From the IMG/VR virus record IMGVR_UViG_3300006871_000008, positions 1-64,000 of that record: DNA of 64,000 nucleotides. One strand, given 5' to 3'. Made by a program: the position numbers and the translations under genes. Positions 33,549 through 41,773 of this stretch are shown piece by piece. Below the pieces are notes generated by a model. It searched no databases. It had not been told where the DNA came from and saw only the letters and a program-made list of their open reading frames with translations. Position 1 is the first letter of the stretch. The number at the start of each line of letters is the position of its first letter. The stretch comes from a virus.

Positions 33549-34380
33549 CAGTTTTATTATACCACAGGTCGGCACAATTGTCAATAGCGGAATCCAAGTC
33601 CTTTTCGGAAAGTTTGCCAGCGGCCCAGGCTAACGCCCAAGTCCAGGGGCCTTCTCCAATCTGGTCAGTTATCTCAACCATCTTAGCCAGCATTTCCGCC
33701 CGGCTCTTTCGGCCCTTCCCATCCATCATATCCATCCGTGGCCGCAATCGCCTGTGGTGTGTCTTTGGCGAGACGTAGTTCTTGGCAAACTCCCGAAACT
33801 CCCGCAGCTTGCGTAGTTGTTCTTCGGGCGGCAGACGTGACAGCCGCATAATATCGCCAGCTTCCAATTCGCGGGATATAGCAGCATCCTGAATTTCTTT
33901 GGGCATCTGCACCAGCGCTAGCCGCAAATGTACCCATCCCTTCGATTTCTTTAGGCGGCGGCAAATTTCGCTGGCGGACGTACCTGCCGGGAACATTTTG
34001 GATATGGCGGTGGCTTGTTGCATCACCGTCAAGTCAACCCGCTCGATATTCTCGATTAGATTCCGTTCGCGGGCTTCCTGCTCGCTTAATCCGGTGACGA
34101 GAAAGGCAGGAACAACTTTCCACCCAAGTACGCGGGTGACAGCGGCGAACCGTCGAAAGCCGACAATGAGCCGGTACTGAAACGGGGCTGGTAAACCGGC
34201 CAGCACGTCGCTTGCCGGTTGTACTTGTGGCGGCGTTTGTAGCTCGTCCGCTTCGATTTCTTGAGCCAACTCAAGAATCGACTGCTCCGTGAAATCTCCA
34301 CGGCTGTTCCAGTCGGAATCGACATACACAAGTTCCGCAGGAACGTCGATGATTTTGTATTCATTGCTTAGCTTAGGCAT
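33532..34380 (-). CDS. ParB/Spo0J-like protein
   Basis: N.R..F..I.ELA..I..LQ.P, LIVGFRRFAA, LIENIERVDL, HTH. Confidence 0.88.
   Translation of the reverse strand: MPKLSNEYKIIDVPAELVYVDSDWNSRGDFTEQSILELAQEIEADELQTPPQVQPASDVLAGLPAPFQYRLIVGFRRFAAVTRVLGWKVVPAFLVTGLSEQEARERNLIENIERVDLTVMQQATAISKMFPAGTSASEICRRLKKSKGWVHLRLALVQMPKEIQDAAISRELEAGDIMRLSRLPPEEQLRKLREFREFAKNYVSPKTHHRRLRPRMDMMDGKGRKSRAEMLAKMVEITDQIGEGPWTWALAWAAGKLSEKDLDSAIDNCADLWYNKTDGTND
33556..33584 (-). promoter_or_regulatory. consensus promoter for polA operon
   Basis: TTGACA-N17-TATAAT. Confidence 0.85.
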
Positions 34381-34553
34381 CCGTAGTACAGCCCGTAATA
34401 GAAGCCGAACCCAATAGCCCCGGCCACAGTAAGCAGGGCGCACGCCAACCGAACGAAAGCACACTTCGACTGGCCCAAATAGAACAAGGCTGCCACCCAT
34501 ATCAGGGATAGCAGCCCGCAGTTAAGCCATGTCGGGAAAAGTTCAAAGACCAT
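34368..34553 (-). CDS. small membrane protein
   Basis: two hydrophobic segments. Confidence 0.55.
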   Translation of the reverse strand: MVFELFPTWLNCGLLSLIWVAALFYLGQSKCAFVRLACALLTVAGAIGFGFYYGLYYGCLS

Positions 34554-34995
34554 AATCAGGATTGACGTAGAGTGTTACATGAGGAATCAGGGAGTCGCCC
34601 GCCATGACCGCGAGTGGGCTATCAAAGCGTGAACGTGTGATTTCAAGGTACTGGTCCAGCCGGGCCTGATATGTTCCCTCACCGTCCACCCTTGGCCGAG
34701 TTTCGTACTGCGGCGGCAAGTAATCGTAGGCGTCTCGAACCGCCGTGACTTGCCCAACTATTCGCAAGGCTCGCGTTGCTGGCGATTTCGTGTAGATGCA
34801 CAGCTTCGCCGGTTGGCCGGGCGTTCGGTCAATAACGATCAGCGGGTTCTTCGTCTGGTAAAGATTGCCTTCCGTGTCGATCAGCAGCGGCACGATATTG
34901 TACAAGTTGAACGGGTCAGCAAACAGCTTACGAGAAAACACCTTCAAGTCCAACTCGGACGCGAATTGATGCAGCGGCTTGTTGAAGCGATACAC
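34543..34995 (-). CDS. hypothetical protein
   Basis: ORF in operon. Confidence 0.65.
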   Translation of the reverse strand: MYRFNKPLHQFASELDLKVFSRKLFADPFNLYNIVPLLIDTEGNLYQTKNPLIVIDRTPGQPAKLCIYTKSPATRALRIVGQVTAVRDAYDYLPPQYETRPRVDGEGTYQARLDQYLEITRSRFDSPLAVMAGDSLIPHVTLYVNPDYGL

Positions 34996-34996
34996 G

Positions 34997-35188
34997 TTAC
35001 TTACCCCGGTTCACGTAGGCGTCTCGTCGATACTCACCTTCCGATACGAAAAGTTGCTCATGCACAGGAGCAGGGACGAAGGTTGGTTTCAGCACGTCGA
35101 AGTGCAACTCGTCCCAGGCGTCGAGGCGGTCTTTCGCATCCAACTGAAACTGCCGCTGACGCCACTTCTCGTAATCCAAGGTACTCAT
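34997..35188 (-). CDS. hypothetical protein
   Basis: ATGA-coupled ORF. Confidence 0.6.
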   Translation of the reverse strand: MSTLDYEKWRQRQFQLDAKDRLDAWDELHFDVLKPTFVPAPVHEQLFVSEGEYRRDAYVNRGK

Positions 35189-36645
35189 TCTGCACCGCTC
35201 ATTTCCTGAACCAATCCTTCCTCTGAGGAAAGGTCGATCTTGTACCGCTTCGGCCCGGCCAATTCGTCAGCCGACCGCAGCTTCACCGGCAGTCGCCAAG
35301 TCACGCCGTACTTCTCGTTGACGCCGTGGATTAGTTGTTGAGGCTCGGTGAAGCCAGAGAAGCGATTGAAACAGTAAGCATCGGTGGCGGGCCAAGGTCC
35401 GTTAACAATCAACTCGCCGTCCATGTCACCGATGTTACCCGGCTTGTGGAAGTGGCCGCACACGAAGTATCGGACGCGAGCGGACTGGCTCGCGGTATAA
35501 TTGAGAGCCATCAGTCGGCCAGCACGCCGCTGTAGGCCGTACCACGGAATGCCCATCGACGAGTTAATGTCGTCGCCGTGGGCAATCTGGAAGCCGATGC
35601 CTTCAATGACCACGTTCGCAGCGAAGGCGTCGGGAATGTTGAAGGACACGTTCTCAAGATCACGGCAGTACATGCGGGCTGTCTCGGCAACGAGATAGTC
35701 CCAATTGTTCCATGCACCGTGATAGTCTTTCTTCTGCGACCGACGACCGTGGTTGCCGGGGACGTACACAATGTCCACGACCGGGATGAAGGCTGCAATG
35801 TCCCGAATCATCAGGGCGTGCAGTTGGCCGATGGCAAGCGAGTTGCGGAATTGATTGCGGAAGGTGGACCGCTCGACCGCTCCATGAATCTCGCCGCTGG
35901 TATGGTCGCCGTAGGCCAGGATGGTTGCTCGATGAAAGCGGAAGTTGCTGAGGGTCGTCTGCGTCCACCTTAGAATTGAATCGACGTAGTTCTCGGCTCG
36001 ACGGCATGACACCCAAAAGTTGTAATTCTCAAGACCACCGCATTCGTGCGGGTGTACTACTTGATCGTGATGCCCGTCAGAAAGGTGAATGACAAGATGC
36101 TCGTCAATCAGGTCGCGGGTCGGGAGGCCGACCGGGCGCTGTGGCGGCAGGCCATTCATCGCCACGATGCGTGGCTCCAACTCCGACACGATGGCTTTGA
36201 ACAAGCCGTGTTCCCGGCTCGCAGCGGACAGTGCCGCCTTTGTCTGCCGCAACTCCGACTTGTAGTGAACAATGTCCGACTCCAACTCCACGACTCGCGT
36301 ATCGGTCGGGTCGAAGCCCTCGCTGCTCCCCTTCACGGCGGCTGGCGTCGGCTGGTCGGAAGCGACCGCGAAATCAGGGGCCTTGCTGCGATAGCCCTTT
36401 GCCTTCTCGACTGTGATGTATTTATTGTTGCCCTTAGCGACAAAGGTGATAACCACCTTGAGATTCGCCAAGACTTCGGCGTTCGCCCGCACGCGAGCGG
36501 CAAACTGACCAGCGGACGTGGGCGACATTGTGCCGTACCCTAACGCACTGGATAGTTCGGTGGTCGTGCCCTTAAAGCCGGTGGCTGCAAGAGCGTAAAG
36601 GTGAGCGGCTAATGCCGGGTCGGGTACTTGAACGGGTTTGGGCAT
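35185..36645 (-). CDS. calcineurin-like metallophosphoesterase/nuclease with N-terminal extension
   Basis: SDGH, GD, PGNHG, AHGD, GHFH. Confidence 0.88.
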   Translation of the reverse strand: MPKPVQVPDPALAAHLYALAATGFKGTTTELSSALGYGTMSPTSAGQFAARVRANAEVLANLKVVITFVAKGNNKYITVEKAKGYRSKAPDFAVASDQPTPAAVKGSSEGFDPTDTRVVELESDIVHYKSELRQTKAALSAASREHGLFKAIVSELEPRIVAMNGLPPQRPVGLPTRDLIDEHLVIHLSDGHHDQVVHPHECGGLENYNFWVSCRRAENYVDSILRWTQTTLSNFRFHRATILAYGDHTSGEIHGAVERSTFRNQFRNSLAIGQLHALMIRDIAAFIPVVDIVYVPGNHGRRSQKKDYHGAWNNWDYLVAETARMYCRDLENVSFNIPDAFAANVVIEGIGFQIAHGDDINSSMGIPWYGLQRRAGRLMALNYTASQSARVRYFVCGHFHKPGNIGDMDGELIVNGPWPATDAYCFNRFSGFTEPQQLIHGVNEKYGVTWRLPVKLRSADELAGPKRYKIDLSSEEGLVQEMSGAE

Positions 36646-36673
36646 CGTGGGTTCCTTTTGGGCCTATACCATT

Positions 36674-36702
36674 ATTATAACCGATACGCTCGGTTTTGTC
36701 AA
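36674..36702 (-). promoter_or_regulatory. consensus promoter
   Basis: TTGACA-N17-TATAAT. Confidence 0.85.
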
Positions 36703-38645
36703 TAGTCGTAATCCGTGTTAACCACGTCGAGAACATTCCTAAACTCGCCCATCGACATAAGTTCGAGGCGGCGATTGTCCTTGAGGATTTCGTACACCCG
36801 GTCATCAGACGGCAGGTGAAAAATATCCACAATGGTTGCTCCCTTCGCATAGTCCATGCCGGGCCGATGGATACGATCTTCGGCCTGCGCACGATACTCT
36901 GGATTGAAGTCGTTGGAGTAGAACACGACCATTGACGATTCGGTAAGCGTCAACCCGACGCCACCGCTGCCAGGGTGCGCTATAAACGCCACCCGGCGTG
37001 TTTCCTCGGTGTCTGATAAGTCCGCCCATAAGTCGAGGGCGTCCCGCTTGATCGGTGAACCGTCCGGTCCAATGACCGACCAGCCGCGCCCGTCAACTCG
37101 AATGACGGTCCAGTTTTCTTTCTGTGCCAACTCGCAGCACTGGTCGATAGCCCCGGTGAACCCGGCGAAGATTACGATGCGGCCCTGCTCATCACACTCG
37201 TCGAGCAAGTCCTTCAACACGTCGATCTTGGGGGACGGAACCCGCAAGGCAACGCGAACCATGTTGTCAATTTCACCGTTGCCGTTGCACGTCGGGCACA
37301 GAATAGTGCGCTCGATAAGCGCCTCTTGTAGTTCCGGGTCAAGGAAATCTATCTGCGAGAATACGCGATCTTCGTCAGCCGGATCAACCCATTGCTTGAC
37401 TTCCTTGCGGCCCTCACAGTGCGGGCAAGTTTTCTTACCGTGCGGTTCCTCGCGGTATTGAAAGCCGTCACTCAACTCCCGCAGCAGCGTCATGCCGGTC
37501 ACGGTATTGGGCGAAGTCTCGAATATCGTTTTCGCGGCTCGCAGAATGGATGGCTTGGGCTGGCAGCGAATCTGGCGATAGTGCTTATCCGGTAAGTCGA
37601 GGCAGTCTTTCTTGGACTTGATAACGACCAGCCCTCGCAGCCGCTCGTACAACAATTCGACTTCGTTGACAGACTCTTGGAACGGATGGTAGTCCTTGCC
37701 AATGACCATCGCCGCCACTTTGTCGTGTGCTTCGTATTCGGCGTAGTGCCCGCACAGATTGCATTTGCGGGTGTCGTCCCGCCAGCCGACTTGCTTCCAG
37801 AACTTCTGGCCTTCGAGCGTAGTGACTTGCTCCATGAACGCCAGCCGCCGTTGGAACGACGAAGGCGAGCCTTCCCGCAGGAAGCCGGGGCAGGCCACTT
37901 CCGCCTGATGCCACCAATCGACGGGCGACTTCGGCGAAGGCGTACCGGACATTTCAATCACGAAGGAATCGTAGCCCCAATGACTACGCATGTTCGTAGC
38001 AAGATGGAACGCCGAGATTGACCGCTTTGTGCTGGCGGTCTTAATTCGTTGTGACTCGTCAAGTACCACGCCATGCGGCGGGGCCGTGCCGGGCGTCCAG
38101 TTAGCAATTAGCTTGACCAAACCTTCGTAGGTCATAAGCGTAGGACTGACACGGCTTTCCCACTTGCGTAGCTCGCGCTCGACCGCCTTCAATGCGGCAC
38201 GCGGGGCGACCCACCACCAGTCGGGATGGCCCGACCGCTCGGCGACTTCAATCGCAGAGAGAGTCTTACCCAGGCCCATTTCCGCCGCCCAAAGCTGGTA
38301 GTGGTACGTCAGACCGCAGTTGGTCATATCGCATTGGTGCAGCATCAGCGGACGGTCGTAGGAGAATTCCTTAACCGGCTGCTCGAACCACTCATACGGA
38401 TTCTCACCTTGCAACCATGCCAGTTGAAAGCGATTGCGTTCGCAGTCAAGGATGGACCAAATCTTTCGTGGGTGCGGGTCGCGGCCATGCCAGCGAGCGT
38501 CCGCCATCGACTTGATTTCATCCATGATGGCTTTGTTGTACCGGAATTGAAACTCAATCCGGTCCCCGTTCAAAGTCATTTGAACCGGGTAGCGATAGTT
38601 CCCAACTTGCAACTTGACTGTCTGTGTCAGTGGTTCATCGACCAT
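36699..38645 (-). CDS. SNF2-family (SF2) helicase/ATPase
   Basis: EMGLGKT, LDESQ, SGTP, GGVGLTLT, QAEDRIHR. Confidence 0.93.
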   Translation of the reverse strand: MVDEPLTQTVKLQVGNYRYPVQMTLNGDRIEFQFRYNKAIMDEIKSMADARWHGRDPHPRKIWSILDCERNRFQLAWLQGENPYEWFEQPVKEFSYDRPLMLHQCDMTNCGLTYHYQLWAAEMGLGKTLSAIEVAERSGHPDWWWVAPRAALKAVERELRKWESRVSPTLMTYEGLVKLIANWTPGTAPPHGVVLDESQRIKTASTKRSISAFHLATNMRSHWGYDSFVIEMSGTPSPKSPVDWWHQAEVACPGFLREGSPSSFQRRLAFMEQVTTLEGQKFWKQVGWRDDTRKCNLCGHYAEYEAHDKVAAMVIGKDYHPFQESVNEVELLYERLRGLVVIKSKKDCLDLPDKHYRQIRCQPKPSILRAAKTIFETSPNTVTGMTLLRELSDGFQYREEPHGKKTCPHCEGRKEVKQWVDPADEDRVFSQIDFLDPELQEALIERTILCPTCNGNGEIDNMVRVALRVPSPKIDVLKDLLDECDEQGRIVIFAGFTGAIDQCCELAQKENWTVIRVDGRGWSVIGPDGSPIKRDALDLWADLSDTEETRRVAFIAHPGSGGVGLTLTESSMVVFYSNDFNPEYRAQAEDRIHRPGMDYAKGATIVDIFHLPSDDRVYEILKDNRRLELMSMGEFRNVLDVVNTDYDY

Positions 38646-39180
38646 TCTTCGGCCCCTCAAGTCTAAATGTTCCGTCCGGCATGGAGTAGCGATGGTACGC
38701 TGCCCACACTTCGCCAAGGCCCAACTTCTCGAACCAGAGGCTCAACTTGTTGAACACGTAGCGCAGGTCGGTCGTTGCCGCTTCGCCGCAGCCGACCGCC
38801 ACGGCATCCCGCCACTCGGCGAGTGTGCCAGAGATAATGTACACAGGCCGGTCAAAGTCGTGATAAGCGAGCGTCAACGCGAGTCCTGTATTCAGCAACA
38901 TGACTTCCTCGAACACCCCCGGCTGCGAGATAACAAGGAACGAATAATGGAAGTGCCGCTGGACCGCATGAGAATTTTGCAACGCCTTGACAGCGTTGGG
39001 GTGTTGGCCTTCCGCCGCTGAGAGTTGAATGACTGCCTTCGCCGCTTCGGTAAACTGGCGGTTGGACGAATCCAAAACGGCGGACGGACTCACGCCATGA
39101 ATCTTGGCGAGAAGCGTGAGTAGGGTTGAATGATCGGCCTGCGTTTGATGCAGGGGCATTACTTCGGCGATTGCTGCCAT
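38635..39180 (-). CDS. hypothetical protein, possibly degenerate ThyX-like
   Basis: H.V.RH..YSF and ISGTL.EWR patterns; no RHR signature. Confidence 0.5.
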   Translation of the reverse strand: MAAIAEVMPLHQTQADHSTLLTLLAKIHGVSPSAVLDSSNRQFTEAAKAVIQLSAAEGQHPNAVKALQNSHAVQRHFHYSFLVISQPGVFEEVMLLNTGLALTLAYHDFDRPVYIISGTLAEWRDAVAVGCGEAATTDLRYVFNKLSLWFEKLGLGEVWAAYHRYSMPDGTFRLEGPKNGR

Positions 39181-39569
39181 TCTTGCGTCCGTACCAAAAG
39201 TGTCAGTTGCATTTTATCCGACCCGACGCCGTGTGTCAAGGCCACGACGAAGATTCCCATGACCTGTGCCCGCGAAATGGCTTGTCCTGGGAAACGGTCT
39301 TGCAACTCCGGGTAGCTAAACTCAACGCATTCAAACCCGTCCGGGTAATCGGCCTTAATACCGGCTGCAATCTGGCCGACCGTCGCATTGACCCACGACT
39401 TGTATTCGCGGTCGCTGCTCAATGTCGTTGAGTGAAGATACTCTCGCGTTGGACGGGATGCGACCCTAGCTGCTCTGCGCGGGTATTGCTCCCGCATCAG
39501 CAAGTCGCTAAGTGTCGCCCCGGTATAAATCGAGGCATCGCGTGCTGTGTCTTTAGTCGATGCAGGCAT
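39159..39569 (-). CDS. hypothetical protein
   Basis: GGAG SD. Confidence 0.65.
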   Translation of the reverse strand: MPASTKDTARDASIYTGATLSDLLMREQYPRRAARVASRPTREYLHSTTLSSDREYKSWVNATVGQIAAGIKADYPDGFECVEFSYPELQDRFPGQAISRAQVMGIFVVALTHGVGSDKMQLTLLVRTQEWQQSPK

Positions 39570-39581
39570 TTGTTTCTCCAA

Positions 39582-39655
39582 TCGGGGAAGTCGGACTCGA
39601 ACCGACGACCTTCGCAGTATCAGTGCGATGCTCTAACCAACTGAGCTACTCCCCA
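39582..39655 (-). tRNA. tRNA-Ile(GAU)
   Basis: TGGGGAG TA GCTC..GAGC, TCGCA-CT GAT AC-TGCGA, GTCGG-TTCGAGT-CCGAC, A73; no CCA. Confidence 0.92.
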
Positions 39656-39742
39656 ATAAAGTGCCGCCCCGCAAATGCGTGGGCGGCTAAACTGGTTCTT
39701 AACGGTTGGCACTCGTAAACCAGACCTTCCAGCAGACCCGTA

Positions 39743-40423
39743 TTACCGGGCACGCCGTCCTTTCGCTGCGGCAGGCTTGACTTCCTCTCGCCCACCTTCG
39801 TTGTCGCTCTTGAAGAACTTTTCGACTTGCGCCTTAAATTCCTCAAGTCCGGGAGCGTTCGTAAACGGCGTTGAACACTTCGTCGCCACCGGGGCGTGCC
39901 ACGAATACCGCTTCTCAATGAAGCGAACACTCATGGTAATCGGGCGAATACCCGTTTCCTCGGTCGGCAGCATCTTGCCTGCCTCACGCCGGGCCGAAGC
40001 ACCAGCCGCGAAGTAGGTATAGAACTTGCCGGTGGACCGCTCGAACACCAGAAACTCCACGCCGTACATGCAGCCAGAATCCTCGACGGTATCCGCCTGC
40101 TCTTTAATCCGCTTGAATTCGGCGGATTCGGGGTCGTGGGCCGCAACCGGCGTCTCGCCGTTGGTATCAAGGGCCTTGGCGCGGGCCGCAGCAACGAGTA
40201 CGTCGATGCGCTCGCCTAGTTCCTCAATATCCTCGCCGCTATTCCGGGGGATTCCATAGTGCCCGGCACGAATCTTGTTCTGTTTCGCGGCGCTCGACGT
40301 ACCCTGAAACAACTGGATACGCTCAAGATAGTCCCCCGCTTTGGTCAACTCGGCCAGCACCTTTGCCGGCGCAGCGATGGAACCAATCTGGCTAAGGGAC
40401 GGAAGGGTAGCAATTGCGCTCAT
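39743..40423 (-). CDS. hypothetical protein, possible ssDNA-binding protein
   Basis: GAGGA SD; replication context, charged tail. Confidence 0.7.
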   Translation of the reverse strand: MSAIATLPSLSQIGSIAAPAKVLAELTKAGDYLERIQLFQGTSSAAKQNKIRAGHYGIPRNSGEDIEELGERIDVLVAAARAKALDTNGETPVAAHDPESAEFKRIKEQADTVEDSGCMYGVEFLVFERSTGKFYTYFAAGASARREAGKMLPTEETGIRPITMSVRFIEKRYSWHAPVATKCSTPFTNAPGLEEFKAQVEKFFKSDNEGGREEVKPAAAKGRRAR

Positions 40424-40432
40424 GTCTTTTCC

Positions 40433-41362
40433 TCACTGAATGATTGAACTTGAAAAGGGAAATGTCGGCATGTCGCCTGCACGTTTTGACCTTGCCTTTC
40501 GTCGGCGGGCGTCGGCTTCCTCGATTTGTTGCTGCTTCCGCCCGGCCACAAGCCGCTGGTGCTGGACGGATTCAGGGTCAAGGCGTAATGCCCACGCTAC
40601 TCCCAAACGGAAGGCGTCGGCTTTGGTCACGCATTGAGGGTCTAATACTATTGTATCAGCTATGCTCGGTTTGTCAAGAGCCGCCTTTAATACTCTGATC
40701 GGGCGGACGCTGGCTACCGGCTGAAATACGGGCGGTTCCGGGTCGATCTTCCCGGATGCAAGTCGTTGGTGGTACGCCCTTAACAGTGGCATGACCTTGG
40801 CCCGTAACTCGCTAGTTGTAAGCATCGCGGCATCTTCGCGGAATTGTGTCTGCCAGGACTTCGGACAACAGGAAAGGATGAAGGCCGATTGTAGATTTAT
40901 GCGGCCTGAGTCAACGTCCCGCTGTATTACTTCAATCAGTTTGAGCAGCTTGAGTTGGTCTTTGACCCACCCGGTCGGCTTGCATAATACCCCTGCAAGG
41001 TAGCCCACAGTCCACTCAGGGTGGCGGGCGGCAAGGCGGCGAATCGCGGCAGCGTACTCGGCTGGCTTGGGGTGGACGGATACGGCGTTGGCCTTAATCC
41101 CAACGATCATAGCCTCATCGTCACCAATGCCCTCAAAGATTTCGACGGGAACGGTCGGCCATTCTAAGTCTTTGGCGATGCAGTAGCGATGCAGCCCGTC
41201 GAGAATTTCGTACTTGCCGTCTGCCCGTTTGCGTGTTAGAATAGGACGCATCCAGTTGCTTGTACGGATGGCGTCACGAAGCTGCTCGTATTCGAGGCAA
41301 GTCGTGTCGGCGAACCGCATAGCGATTTCGCTCTCCATGATTAGTTCAATTGGAACGTCCAT
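40433..41362 (-). CDS. second ParB/Srx-like protein (leaderless)
   Basis: L..AI...PI, YEILDGLHRY, HTH region. Confidence 0.85.
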   Translation of the reverse strand: MDVPIELIMESEIAMRFADTTCLEYEQLRDAIRTSNWMRPILTRKRADGKYEILDGLHRYCIAKDLEWPTVPVEIFEGIGDDEAMIVGIKANAVSVHPKPAEYAAAIRRLAARHPEWTVGYLAGVLCKPTGWVKDQLKLLKLIEVIQRDVDSGRINLQSAFILSCCPKSWQTQFREDAAMLTTSELRAKVMPLLRAYHQRLASGKIDPEPPVFQPVASVRPIRVLKAALDKPSIADTIVLDPQCVTKADAFRLGVAWALRLDPESVQHQRLVAGRKQQQIEEADARRRKARSKRAGDMPTFPFSSSIIQ

Positions 41363-41368
41363 AGTTCT

Positions 41369-41396
41369 ATTATACCACGGATAACGATTGTGTCAA
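41369..41396 (-). promoter_or_regulatory. consensus promoter (leftward)
   Basis: TTGACA-N16-TATAAT; ATG at +7. Confidence 0.85.
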
Positions 41397-41419
41397 TAGT
41401 GTGGCGAAAAATCATCACG

Positions 41420-41695
41420 ATAAGTTAGCGAGGCAACATGAATACGCGGTGTACGGGTGCTATCGGCTAACCAGCGAAAGTCGCAACTACAAATCGAGTT
41501 GCGACTTGGAAAGTTAGGAGTTAGCCAGTTAGTCTTAAAATATTGCTCTGTAGGGAGAGTTGAATATAGGGTAGAATATTTTAAGCGCTATATAGGATGA
41601 TATTGAAGGGGGTGACTAACTAACTGCTAACTTTGCCCGCAACCCTCGACGACCAAAGAGTTTGTGGCGACTTTGCCCAAAATGCCGACTAACCA
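41420..41695. other. putative replication origin (nested inverted repeats around AT-rich core)
   Basis: GTTAG/CTAAC repeats in opposite orientation; AAGTCGCAACT/AGTTGCGACTT; CTTAAAATATT/AATATTTTAAG; at strand switch beside primase. Confidence 0.55.
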
Positions 41696-41724
41696 TTGAC
41701 AAACGCCCCTACATCCCTTATACT
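41696..41724 (+). promoter_or_regulatory. sigma70 promoter (rightward)
   Basis: TTGACA-N17-TATACT. Confidence 0.8.
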
Positions 41725-41773
41725 AAGAGTATGCCCGTAATCCGTAACTATCAATGCCCAAGGACCGCCCCCG

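Noticed and set aside
39660-39742. Self-cleaving ribozyme upstream of tRNA-Ile
   Set aside because: No hammerhead core (CTGATGA/GAAA) or other recognisable ribozyme consensus
222-41003. Many plus-strand ORFs in the six-frame track
   Set aside because: Antisense shadows of motif-bearing minus-strand genes in GC-rich DNA; no SD or promoter support
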